Shown: positions 1 to 11,042 of the stretch, piece after piece | Numbering within the stretch: the first letter of the stretch is position 1 | Layout: every line of letters starts with the position of its first letter | Source of the DNA: Paecilomyces variotii | Lineage: Eukaryota | Strand: one strand, 5' to 3' | DNA length: 64,000 bases | NCBI GenBank assembly: GCA_004022145.1 | Contig: RCNU01000002.1 | The notes under the pieces: model-generated | Told to the model about the DNA's origin: nothing | Seen by the model: only the letters and a program-made list of their open reading frames with translations | Database searches by the model: none | Made by a program: the position numbers and the translations under genes

Positions 1-663
1 ACACGCTTGAAGAAGATCATATACACCCTGCAAACCTCGAGTTGGAGGGGCCCTCGGCTCCCCACACGTCAATCAATATTATTAGGCTCTAGTAGTGTAT
101 TCCCACAAACTGGACGAGTCTAAGATGGGCCAGCTTCCTTGCGCAAGACAAATGTCTTCGTGTTTTTTTCGCCTAGGACACCAGTCGGATTTGACGAGAC
201 TGTCAAGGGAGCGTCAACAGTGATATGGATCTCTTGGATATAGATAATCCACTTCTTCATAGTCTCCCAGTCCGGGACTGACTCTCCAAGCTAGATTTGA
301 ACAGCATACCTGTTAAACGCCGCACTTAGGATGCGCTCCGTTAAAGGGTCAATTCATCAGTGTCGGTAAAATCTCTAAGTGCTATATTGCCCTGTAATAA
401 CGATAGCAGCTGATTCGCACATTGCAGGGCAAACCCTATTTCTGCATTTCATGTTGCTCAACCTTAAGAGCATCAAAAGACTTGAAAAGACTTGGGACTT
501 GACCGCATTCGGTACAAGTATTCTTATCATCCCCGGTCACGTGCTGTCTACGGAACCTCGGTTGCGCGAGACGAGCCGATGGCAATCCGGAGTTCGAGCC
601 GCCGGTGTTCAGTTACGTCTCCAACTGAGTCCTTCTCTCTGCTTGAACGATCATGGTCGCAAC

Positions 664-2227
664 ATGAGTTCTGCAAATTTCGCTGCTGCTCAAAAGCGAG
701 TTTTGGAGCGCCGTCGCCAGCGTGAAGCTGAAACTCGCGCCCGCATCGCGGAGCAGCAGCGAGCGTCGCGCGTCAACAGAGCTGCTGTGGAGCGGCTCCC
801 AGCTCCCTTGAACAGACTCTCAGGCGCCGGTCTCGCTCTATGGGATACAGTCAAGGGGCGGGAAGGAACAAGGCCTGCCTTTCGTGTTGGTCAGGTCGAC
901 GCGGAACTTCTGGATGAGGAGTTGCTGGGACTCTTGAAAGGACAGGTCGGAGAGGCACTGAAATACTTCGGGGTAAGGACACCATTTGGCTCCATGCAGT
1001 CTTCTGTCAGATAGAGACAGAAGTTAATCATTTCTATATTAGCCTCATGTCCGGGATGACTGGTCCAGTGAGATCCAACTTGGGCTGCGCGCTATTCTCT
1101 TCAAGCTCTCTATATGGGACCATAATGCGTCATACGGTGCGGCGCTGCAGAACTTGAAATATACCGATAGTCGGAGTCAGGGCCCTGTCTTTTCGCCTCC
1201 CACGAAATGGCAGAAGATCCTCTATGGTCTGTTCACGGTTGGCGGTCGCTACGCTTGGGACAGATGGGAAAGCTGGTTGATTGACAAGCAAGGTGGTTAT
1301 GAAGAGGTAAGTGTCTGGCTTGTTCTTCTTATTTTGGTGGAACGGGTTTGCTCATAAGACCAGCCTTCATCGGAAGTGCGGCTATTATCGAAGATTACGG
1401 ACATAGTTTCGACGTCGCATTCCATCGCGGCATTTGCCTCCTTCCTTGTCTTCCTAGTGAACGGACGATATCGAACGCTCGTCGATCGGATACTTCGGAT
1501 TCGTCTCACGCCTCCGTCAACTCAGGTTAGTCGTGAGGTATCATTTGAATACCTTAACCGCCAGCTTGTATGGCACGCATTTACCGAATTTCTCTTGTTT
1601 CTGCTACCTCTGGTCGGAATCAGTCGCTGGCGTCGTTGGCTATCGAGAGCTTGGCACAGAACTGTCTCTATTCTGAGAGCAAGCGGTGATGATGCAGAGG
1701 TCCCTGAGAAGCGAGGAGAATTGGCTTTCCTTCCAGAACGAACATGCGCTATCTGTTATCAGGAACAGAATCCCACGTCTACATCGGAGAGTGACGTTAT
1801 TGGAATGTCCGCAGCGTCAGGAGGTATCATCGGTTCTGCTCAAACTGATATCACAAACCCTTACGAAACTATACCATGCGGGTGCATATACTGCTTCGTC
1901 TGTATTGCGCAGAAACTGGAAGCCGAAGGAGGTGAAGGTTGGGTCTGCTTGCGCTGCGGCGAGATCGTAAAGCAGTGCAAGCCTTGGAATGGCGACGTGT
2001 TGGAAGAAGATCGCCGCCCAGCTGGGAATGGCAAAAATGTTGGATTCATCTTGGGGCCAAGCCCAGAGGGTGAGGAAACATCCGAGAAAGCATCTAACTC
2101 GTCCACCGGGACAACAGCGTTCGAAGCATTAGATGCAAACGGGGGTCTCCAGGATTCTGTTCACTGGTCGACCGTCGAGAAAGAGGCCAGTGAAGCTGGA
2201 GACGCAGAACATGAGGAGTCACAATAG
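664..2227 (+). CDS. PEX2: Peroxin-2, peroxisomal RING-finger ubiquitin ligase (3 exons: 664-972, 1043-1306, 1364-2227)
   Basis: RVGQVDAELLDEEL, VSFEYLNRQLVWHAFTEFLLF and a split RING (CAIC...PCGCIYCFVC...CLRC). GT-AG introns at 973-1042 and 1307-1363 join the frames. Confidence 0.95.
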
Positions 2228-2690
2228 ATGACGCCGGGACAACCATTCTGGAAAGGTCGTCTACGCAGAAGCTAGCAGCTCTCTCTAGGGCTGGCGCTAA
2301 AAGAACATGTCCACAGCAGGAACTTCATTCTAGCCGATACCCTACAAGGTTTGCTTCGAATATGGTGATTGCCCAGGCGGTACACATATTAGGCTCCCAA
2401 GGAACCATTCGAGGTATCATCACCACATATACCATCCGCATTGTATATCTATTTCAGTCTTGCATTCTTCATGAGGTTTTATGAAAGTGGCATTGTTTTC
2501 CTTAACGATCGGACGGGTTTATTCACGAACGCACATTTCAAATGAGGGGAGAGCCGAATGAATTTCTCTAATACAATATTCTCAAGTATAAGCCAAACCA
2601 TATTTTCGTTATCATAAAAAACAAAAGAGATTAAGCAACCTCCAGTTCGTCCTCATAGTCACCCCAAACAGAACCCCAGCAGCCATAGTC

Positions 2691-3347
2691 TCAATAAAAC
2701 AACACCGCAGTAATCCCAATCACTGCCCCAGCCAGCGGAAAAACCGACCTCCCCGCATTCAAATAAGACCACTTCTCCAACAAGCCCGGTACCTCCGTAT
2801 CCTCTCTCGCCCTCTTCGCCTCCTCTTCCGCACTCATCGCCATCCCTTCCTTCCCTTCCTTCTCCGCCGCATCATCCCTCGTAGCATGCGCCTCCAGTCT
2901 CTTATTCACCGGTAACATCACACCCAACGTAAACGGCACAATGGTGATAGTCGTCGCGGCCGCGATCAGATACAATCTCCCCACCCTTCCAGCGCTAGCG
3001 GTGTGTCGGAGCGTATAAGCCAGATACGAATACGCCACTGCCGAAGTGAGCGCCAGCGAAGGAAAGATTATCTTCCCCTTATCGTAGACATTGAGCCATT
3101 GATGCGTGATGTGTGAAGGGCTTGAGGCGGGAGTATCGGATTTGATGGTCTCGGAGCGTCCGGGGAGGGTGAGTGCTGGGATGGTGAGGGTGGAGAGGCT
3201 CAATATACCGCCTTTGATGGGGGGTTTGAAGTTAGTCTTTTTGAAATACAATAATTGGACTTGGTGCAGAAACGTACCGGAAGCAAAAGCAGAAGCGAGG
3301 ATCCCGACGGCCTGAGCGACCTTGTAGCTGGGTGTGTTGTCAGACAT
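2691..3347 (-). CDS. DUF1772 / anthrone-oxygenase-family membrane protein; probable 66-nt in-frame intron at 3212-3277
   Basis: Family-like motifs QWLNVYDKG, IVPFTLGVMLPVNKRL and LLEKWSYLNAGRSVFPLAG. GTACGT...CTAAC...AAAG intron signals. Confidence 0.85.
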   Translation of the reverse strand: MSDNTPSYKVAQAVGILASAFASGTFLHQVQLLYFKKTNFKPPIKGGILSLSTLTIPALTLPGRSETIKSDTPASSPSHITHQWLNVYDKGKIIFPSLALTSAVAYSYLAYTLRHTASAGRVGRLYLIAAATTITIVPFTLGVMLPVNKRLEAHATRDDAAEKEGKEGMAMSAEEEAKRAREDTEVPGLLEKWSYLNAGRSVFPLAGAVIGITAVLFY

Positions 3348-3905
3348 GGTTAATAGCGTTTAAGTTAGTCGAGGTATATGAGCTGGGGAGGATGTAATGG
3401 CTATGTTATATGGAAGATATAGTCATAGGATATGGTTTTATGGTAAATAGATGTTCAAGCGGGGATGGAATAATAACTAGTTAACGCTTCTGCCTGGGAG
3501 AGTTGCAGAGGCTAGATCATCAGCAGATCCAGGTCGTAAGTAAGTACTGGGCTCGTATGATCCGGAATGCGGGTGGAAAGCTTAAATGCTAGATCTGTTA
3601 GTATGTGGAAGCTTTGGATTACGATGTGACCACTAATGCGATTTATTCACGATCTGTGCTTTTTGAGTAAACTGGTTTTATGCGGTATTTTAACAGCGTC
3701 TGGAAAGCGATGACGTCGATTAAGTATGTACAGTAAGCCGGAAGCTACTGTAAGTAGTCCTGATCTCCACTGTGTTTCTTGTCCTTTCTAGATAGAATAG
3801 AAAAAAAAAAATAATACATATATATATTCAACTGGAGGCCCCCCCCCCCGCCCCCCCCCCCCCGCTTCTGCCGTTATGCGCTCATACAATACATCAAGTT
3901 TCTCC

Positions 3906-5340
3906 ATTAGAACCAATCTCCCTCAATGATTTTGGGCCCGCTCGAGTATGACGTTCGCCTGTCCTCAATGTGGTCATGTTCACTGGGACAACACGACTCC
4001 CCGCATGCTATTCCCGTAAGGAAGGTATAACAATTTGCAGAGATTCTATATATAGCTGTGAACAACTATCTCCGGGCATATGTAATTATCGAATATGACC
4101 AATGCCTGTAATAAGTTAGCAAATATTGATTTGCGAGCGAGCAGAATAGAGATGTACCTCACAACGGCGGCGTTTATTGCAGTCAATCTCCGTGCAGCGT
4201 TCACTGGCGAGATCTGCTGGACAGATCGACCGTATCAGGTCTGCAGTGACTATCTCAATGCGTTTGACTTTGTGGTACACCGGATATTTCTCCCTTCTCC
4301 CTTCTCCCTCCCAGTCGAGCTCGACCGGAAAGAAAGGACCGTTTGCATTATTCGGATGCGCCGATGACTGCAGATATGAGGGAGAATGGAGTGTCTGGAG
4401 ATTCTCTTTCCTCACTTGTGCTTGTTCGAGAACTGCCGCTATGGAAGGGCTTTGCTCATAGGTAAGCAATCTAGAAAGGGAGCCAGTCATCCTCCTCGCC
4501 AAACGAGGCGAAAGGCATACACTCCGCCGCGGCCTCGCGAGCGAGTACGTGGACAGTTCATTGCCGTGCTTCACCTTATTTGGTCATTCGGGAGCTCGTC
4601 TGTTCCCACGGTTTTTTAGGACCAGAGGTTGTACTGCTCTCCGTCCTTGACCCTGACTTGCTTCCCTTAACCAGTTGGAAGGTTAGTGGAAGAGATTCAA
4701 ACCACGAGAGGAGAAAACTCACAATTGGATCGCTCGAAACATTCTTTCCTTTGCCCATTTTGATTCTTTTTGAGAGAAATTGGGGTCTGACACCATAGAA
4801 AGTTAAGGGTCGAAGATTCATATTCTGTATCAGGTAATCCTCGTTTTTGGGGATGGGAGCTTGCTGAGCGCAATACTTTTACACTTATGTATCGGGCCCT
4901 ATTTGCATTCAGCATATGCTCAACGTCAAGCAGAGATGTACTTACTATGGTGGTAACCATGGGCCTTCTTTTGCTCCCATGAAATTGGCCAGGAGTCGTA
5001 CATGGGTTCACACATCGTGGTAAGTTTCTCGATGGCTATGCCACGAACGCTCATGCGTAGTCCAGGCAACTTGCGAGAGCATTCGATGAAAAATATCAGT
5101 CTGTGAACGTCTGGTCGGTGGCTATCTCAAGAAGTTTGGATAGGGTCGACTGTAGGTTGTCCTCTCCTAACCCGTCGAGAATAACTGAAACCTGTCTTCG
5201 CTTCTCCCCGCATATCCAATATGGACCGAGGATCATGAGCAGAAGCCCACGACGGAATTCCTCCTACACCAATCATCTGGGATGGCTCCGCACGAAATAT
5301 GGCAGGTACTTAAACACCCTGCCAAGCCCAGGTTATAATT
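3906..5340 (-). pseudogene. Degenerate intron-containing gene remnant, family unknown
   Basis: Minus-strand intron signals (GTACAT..GCTAAC..TACAG near 4107-4157; GTAAGT..ATAG near 4900-4945) join coding-like segments (KRRQVSVILDGLGED, ...IIEGDWF*). The segments are broken by stops and frameshifts. Confidence 0.35.
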
Positions 5341-5456
5341 CGTTATGAACCCGTACCAAACCACGGAAGCACACCGATTGTGAAGTGGATGTCATGCTCG
5401 ACATCCAAGTCCAGGATGGACTGTTTGTAATGTTTTCCAGTCGCATCGTTTCCATG

Positions 5457-6004
5457 TTAATCAAGACTTTTAAGATAGCATCCGCAAGGAAGATAAGCTA
5501 TCCGCCGTCCGATTAACAAGATATATAAAAAGATGTATGCTTGTAGCGAACGTGTACGGAGTTCTCCTGAAACGAAAGAAGAACGATATAGAATAATCTT
5601 GGCGAACTCGGTCATCGCGGCACGATCGTCAATTCGGTACGGACCGAACCTGTTCATCTTTGCGTGGCTGGCCCTCAGTCTCGGACTGCCGTTGATATAG
5701 CTTTCTCAGGCCCAGTCGTATTCGAAGATTGACACGTAGATTTCGAATCCGTCCTGCGACATGAGAGCTCGCCTTGTTCCATTAGATAGATTTCTCCGCA
5801 AGGGCACATTGAGTGGTACTCACCAAGGTCTCGGAGCAGTGTCCGGAAATTCCTTGATCCAGGCGACCATATGGGCAGTCTCCGGAGTTCGACTTGAGAA
5901 CTGTGCCTCCGTCTTTGGTCCCGCTTGCACTCGACGAGTGCCAGAATCCTTTTATCGGTCACAGCTTGGAGCTGGCCGTCTGTAACAGCAATGAAGCTGT
6001 CCAT
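5457..6004 (-). pseudogene. 5'-truncated pseudogene of a fungal PD-(D/E)xK-like nuclease-fold family
   Basis: AVTDGQL...LALVECKR, a frameshift into ETAHMVAWIKE, a GTGAGT intron, then ALMSQDGFEIYVSIFEYDWA*ESY...MNRFGPYRIDD with an in-frame TGA. Same motif order as 52309-53656. Confidence 0.7.
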
Positions 6005-6673
6005 TGCTCCCTAATATATAATATAAAACAAAAAAAGAGACCCGGGCCCCAATAGGGGCACTCTGGGAATCCTGCATATATAGTATACGGAAAGAAGAGA
6101 AAGCGAAGAACTTTCCTGGGTACAAGAGGCCTGCTTTATACCTTTACATCTCGTGAGGGGTACGAGTGTGTTTCACCAAATTTGACGGCAATTGGAATCT
6201 TCTGGTCCAAATTCAATACAGAAAGGTGGCGCCAGTAAATGAATACTGCAGATCTTACCCATTGAATGTACACAGGTAATTAGATTGAAGGATATGGCGC
6301 GAAAGTCGCCGGCATGGACCCGTATCTGCTGTGCCGCAAGACAACCTTGTACCACGCTTCCCATGTCCGAAACAGGGGACTACGCGGGTTACTGCATCGA
6401 AGATCATATTCATATAGATTGGGATCACTTCATCTAGCCAAGAGACAATATCCCCGGAAACTTCATTAACTCCTATCACGCATGCCATGTTCCGACATGA
6501 CTCACATCTCAGAAAGCCTGGTTGTCTCCCTTGATGGATGTCTTTATTTCGAGTAGCGGAAGTCTGGTACACCTGGCCTGGCCTTGCAGCACAGCGGGTA
6601 CGTGCCTCCAAGAAGATATGGAAATATACATCAGGTTCTCCATCTACGAAGAAGCAAACAGTCCTTGGCCTTC

Positions 6674-6906
6674 TGTCGGCGCACAAAGCGAACGCCAGGT
6701 GATCTGTCAATCATCCGTTTGCGGCATGTTCTTTGACTCGTAACTTATAGGATAGAACCTACTAGATTACTTGATTACTTACTAGATTACTAGTTCTTTG
6801 TATGCGAAAGATAGATGTGGGTTCAAAACCCCCTAGAATTAGAAGCAAGTAAGCAGTTCAAGGTGTTCAGGTCAGACTGTGCTTCCGTGCCTTTCAATAT
6901 TCGAAA
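6674..6906. mobile_element. Solo LTR, copy A (about 233 bp)
   Basis: Begins TGTCGG and ends TTCGAAA (TTCGACA/TTTGACA in the copies at 28-29 kb). CCTTC precedes it; CCTCC follows it, with an exact CCTTC 4 nt further on (candidate TSD). Homologous to 28003-28248. Confidence 0.7.
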
Positions 6907-7836
6907 CCTCCCTTCTGAATGCGCGCGGATCGCCAGTCTGTAGGATGCATGCGGGGATCCATTCATCAATGAAAAACATACGCGTTGCAGTGCCTGAGAC
7001 TGCCGTGGGAGGTCTCATTGCTGTCGTACGGCGTCACCATTAATGCAGAGATGAATGAGCCAGAGGTATGTATGTTTCAGACGAGGGATCCAGGAAAGGC
7101 TGCGGATCAGAAAAAAAAAAAAAAATAGTGTAGTCGAGGAAACGGAACTCCATGAATCTGTTGCTTTATTCATACCTAGTCTCGAGTTCGATTATGACGC
7201 ATCGGGGCTCGGGAGAAAGTAGATAGATATAGTTTCTAAACGGTTACTGCTCGTGGTTATGTATTGGTGGACATTGAAAACCCTCGACTATTTCGATGAT
7301 ACACACACTACAACTAATTTTTAAACTGCAGTTTCGCTCTCTTAAGTATATAATGAAGAATCTGAAATTATAATAGATTGCTGTCTGATATCAACACCAC
7401 AAACACCATGAACTGCATGAACTCCATCTATCCCCACCAATGACAGAAGAGCCAGACTCGCTTACTCCGTTTTTCGAGATACTCACCACCAGATGAGCCC
7501 CCGACTCTGCCAACAAAAAGCCAGAGAACGAACTTTGCGGGCAGTGGGGTTTTGGGGGTCTCCGATCGCGATGGTTTACTCGTGGAGAAGAGGCCAGTAA
7601 CAATACTAGTCGCCTGACAGCGGGGTGATCTCCGGCATCGTGAGGAGGGGTTCTGGGGTTGTCGGCATTGAACCGATGGCCGCAATATCCGTTACTTGTC
7701 TGCATGTCTTTCCCTTAAGGATCTTGCTTATATCGTAACTCAATCGTTGGTTTTTACTGCTCGACACGGTCTGGGCTGTAATCGAGCCCTCATTTTCACG
7801 TCCCTGGCCTTTGTGATCCTGAAGGAGTAGAGCGAA

Positions 7837-9783
7837 ATGGCGTCCAAGACGACGGCAGACGCTTTCCAGGAGGCGCGATACATTGAATTCCCAAGCCTCC
7901 CCGCTGATGCGAAACATGAGGATGGCACGCCCGCGTTGAATAGGTACTCTGCCAACATCACAAAGGGCCATGAATTTCCGGGAGCGCAGGTAAAAAGATC
8001 CGGAAATCGAGACCGCATGGCGTAACTGCTAACGATATGGGGTGCCTCTGTAGGCAATGCTATATGCTGCCGGAGTACCGGATCGAGATGCCATGAGGAA
8101 GAGTCCACAGGTCGGAATCGCTTCAGTGTGGTGGGAGGGCAATCCCTGTAATATGCATTTGCTCGAGCTTGGAAAGACTGTGAAGAAGGCAATATCGGAG
8201 AGGGGAATGATTGGATGGCAGTACAATACGATTGGTGTCTCTGATGCGATTTCTATGGGCAGTGAAGGTAGGGGAGAAGCCGCGTAGCTGCAGTATGAAG
8301 CAGTTTTCTACGATGCTGACGGTCTGTAGGCATGCGTTTCTCTCTCCAGACACGAGAGATCATAGCCGACAGCGTTGAGACTGTGACCTGTGCCCAGTAT
8401 CACGACGCTTGTATTGCTATTCCGGGTTGTGATAAGAACATGCCAGGTGTTGTGATGGGTATGGCGAGACACAATCGTCCCTCGATCATGATTTACGGCG
8501 GAACTATCGCTGTTGGATATTCCAATCTGTTACGGAAGCGTGTCAGCGTCTCCACTTGTTTCGAGGCTGCTGGAGCATACGCATATAACACATTGCACCA
8601 GCCCGATGATGGAGGCGATACGAGCAAGACGAAGGATGAGATTATGGATGACCTCGAGAGACATGCGTGCCCCGGCGCTGGCGCATGTGGTGGTATGTTC
8701 ACTGCCAATACGATGGCGACAGCCATTGAGTCGATGGGTCTGTCCTTGCCGGGGTCTTCTTCGACACCGGCGGAATCGCCTGCAAAGATGCGCGAGTGTG
8801 TGAAGGCCGCAGACGCAATCAAGGTCTGTCTGGAAAAGAATATCAAGCCTCGGGACCTGTTGACCAAGCAGTCATTTGAGAATGCACTGGTCATGACCAT
8901 GGCGCTTGGGGGAAGTACGAACGGTGTTCTGCATTTCCTTGCTATGGCTAGGACTGCTGGCGTAGACTTGACCCTGGACGATGTGCAGCGAGTCAGCAAC
9001 AAGATCCCCTTTATAGCTGACCTTTCTCCCAGCGGCAAATATTACATGGCTGATCTCTACGAGGTTGGCGGTATCCCGTCGGTGCAGAAGCTCCTGATCG
9101 CTGCCGGATTGCTCGACGGAGGTATTCCGACTGTGACTGGCAAGACGCTTGCTCAGAATGTCGAATCGTTCCCATCTCTGTCACAGGATCAGACTATTAT
9201 CCGGCCTCTAAGTAACCCGATCAAGTCCACGGGTCATCTCCAGATTCTTCGAGGAAACTTGGCACCAGGCGGAGCAGTCGCCAAGATTACAGGCAAGGAA
9301 GGTACCAAGTTCACTGGCAAAGCTAGAGTGTTCAACAAAGAGCACGAGCTCAACACTGCTCTGGCGAAGGGTGAGATTCCCAGGGGCGAGAATCTGGTGC
9401 TCATTGTTCGCTACGAAGGACCCAAGGGTGGACCGGGAATGCCAGAACAACTGAGAGCCAGCGCTGCTCTGATGGGCGCAAAACTGACCAACGTTGCCTT
9501 GATTACGGACGGACGGTACTCTGGCGCTTCCCATGGCTTTATTGTAGGGCATGTCGTGCCCGAGGCCGTCGTGGGAGGTCCCATTGCCGTTGTCCGGGAC
9601 GGGGATACCATCACCATTAATGCAGAGACAAATGAGCTCAGTATGGATGTTTCAGACGAGGAGATCCAGGAAAGACTGAGAAACTGGCAGCCTCCAAAGC
9701 CGCATGTCACACGTGGCGTGTTGGCCAAATATGCGAGACTGGTCGGAGATGCTTCGCATGGTGCTATGACAGATCTATTCTAG
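7837..9783 (+). CDS. ILV3: Dihydroxy-acid dehydratase, IlvD/Ilv3 family (exons 7837-7989, 8054-8267, 8330-9783)
   Basis: [50 protein letters not shown] and [11 protein letters not shown] motifs. Confidence 0.95.
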
Positions 9784-11042
9784 ATAGACGGCGGAACCTG
9801 TGAGATCGATCCACTTCATGATCGCCCGCGATAACATGCGGTGAGCTGCGACGCTTGACATCAGTATCGGCCTCGTGGGAGATGCATTGGACCATAACTA
9901 GTGGTTCTTCGGTTTCGTAATGTGCAAGTATATCGGATATCCGCATCCTAATTGTAGTCGAATGAAGAGAACGGAAAGAGAATGCCAGACAGGGAAACAG
10001 GAAAGAAACGACGAAAACAAAGGTCTATGACCGAAGTATCATAGAACAAGGTTTACGATACTCCTATTATTATTATCTGTAGTTGTCGAGATGCTCGAGA
10101 CGGTCTTGTCCTGCCGAAGAAGCGCTCTAGAAGTTCTGGCGGGCGATCGACAGCCTTGGCAGCCCTGCCTGACGCCATGTGCGCCGCCCAGCCGGTCTGA
10201 TTCATCGAATTTCTCGGCCATTGCTTCTTGATCGCAGAACTTCCCACGTCCCTTGTCTGGAGCGTCTCAGAGGCTGGAAGGGACAGCAGCATAACCCCAG
10301 GTAAGGAGCTCACTTCCGGAAATGTGCACTGGAGCCATCATCACTGCGATCGCCTTTCCCGCTATTCCTTTGTCACCGCCAGGATGAATTTCAATTCAAG
10401 CCTGTCGGTTGTTGCCCGCATCACGATTGCGCCAACACCTCCGTCACAACCCCTGTGTGTAACAGCCTGCCAGCTGAGAGACTGACACTCTGCCCAATTG
10501 TAGGTAGCCAGCAGTGCTTCATGCCAGCGGTTTCCAGCAGGTTCGCATCATCAACGAGATCGGTATTCGAGTGTTGGCTCAACGTTCTGTAGCCGCGCGC
10601 TGCTGGACGACCGCCTAACACAGCGATCATCGGGCCTGAGAGCCATTGACAGACGCACTTGGTGGGAATCGCTTCGCTGATTGGCCTGTCGTCCGCTGTC
10701 GAGCTTTGTCCAGTCACCGGAAGCTTGGAAGCCGGATATCGAGTTACGCAGCAAGCGACGTCTCCATTCTATCCGCGCAACCGGTGTAACTATCAGAAGC
10801 GATCCGTCCTCTACGAAGCGCCATACCGCCCCCGTTGCTGAAGCTCTCAGGACCGGGTTCCAGAAACGCAGGCGGTGATCAGCGCGCGGGAGACGCATCT
10901 GGAACCCTTCCAGATCTACGGAGTCCAATAGTTCTTCCCCGAGGACATCACGTCCCCGAACGAGAAACAGTGAGGCTCCTGTGGTCAGGGCAGTGAGGCT
11001 TGCGTTCTGTCATAAATTCGGCCTCGCTCCGCCGACGTGCTG

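Noticed and set aside
379-663. N-terminal extension of PEX2 shown in the ORF track
   Set aside because: It starts at a non-ATG codon and is not PEX2-like; the ATG at 664 fits the family.
7837-9783. DHAD as the self-resistance gene of an aspterric-acid-type cluster
   Set aside because: No terpene cyclase, P450, PKS or NRPS nearby; the neighbours are housekeeping genes.
10000-11000. Several overlapping short ORFs between ILV3 and the hydrolase-phosphatase gene
   Set aside because: No consistent strand, codon bias, splice model or recognisable motif.
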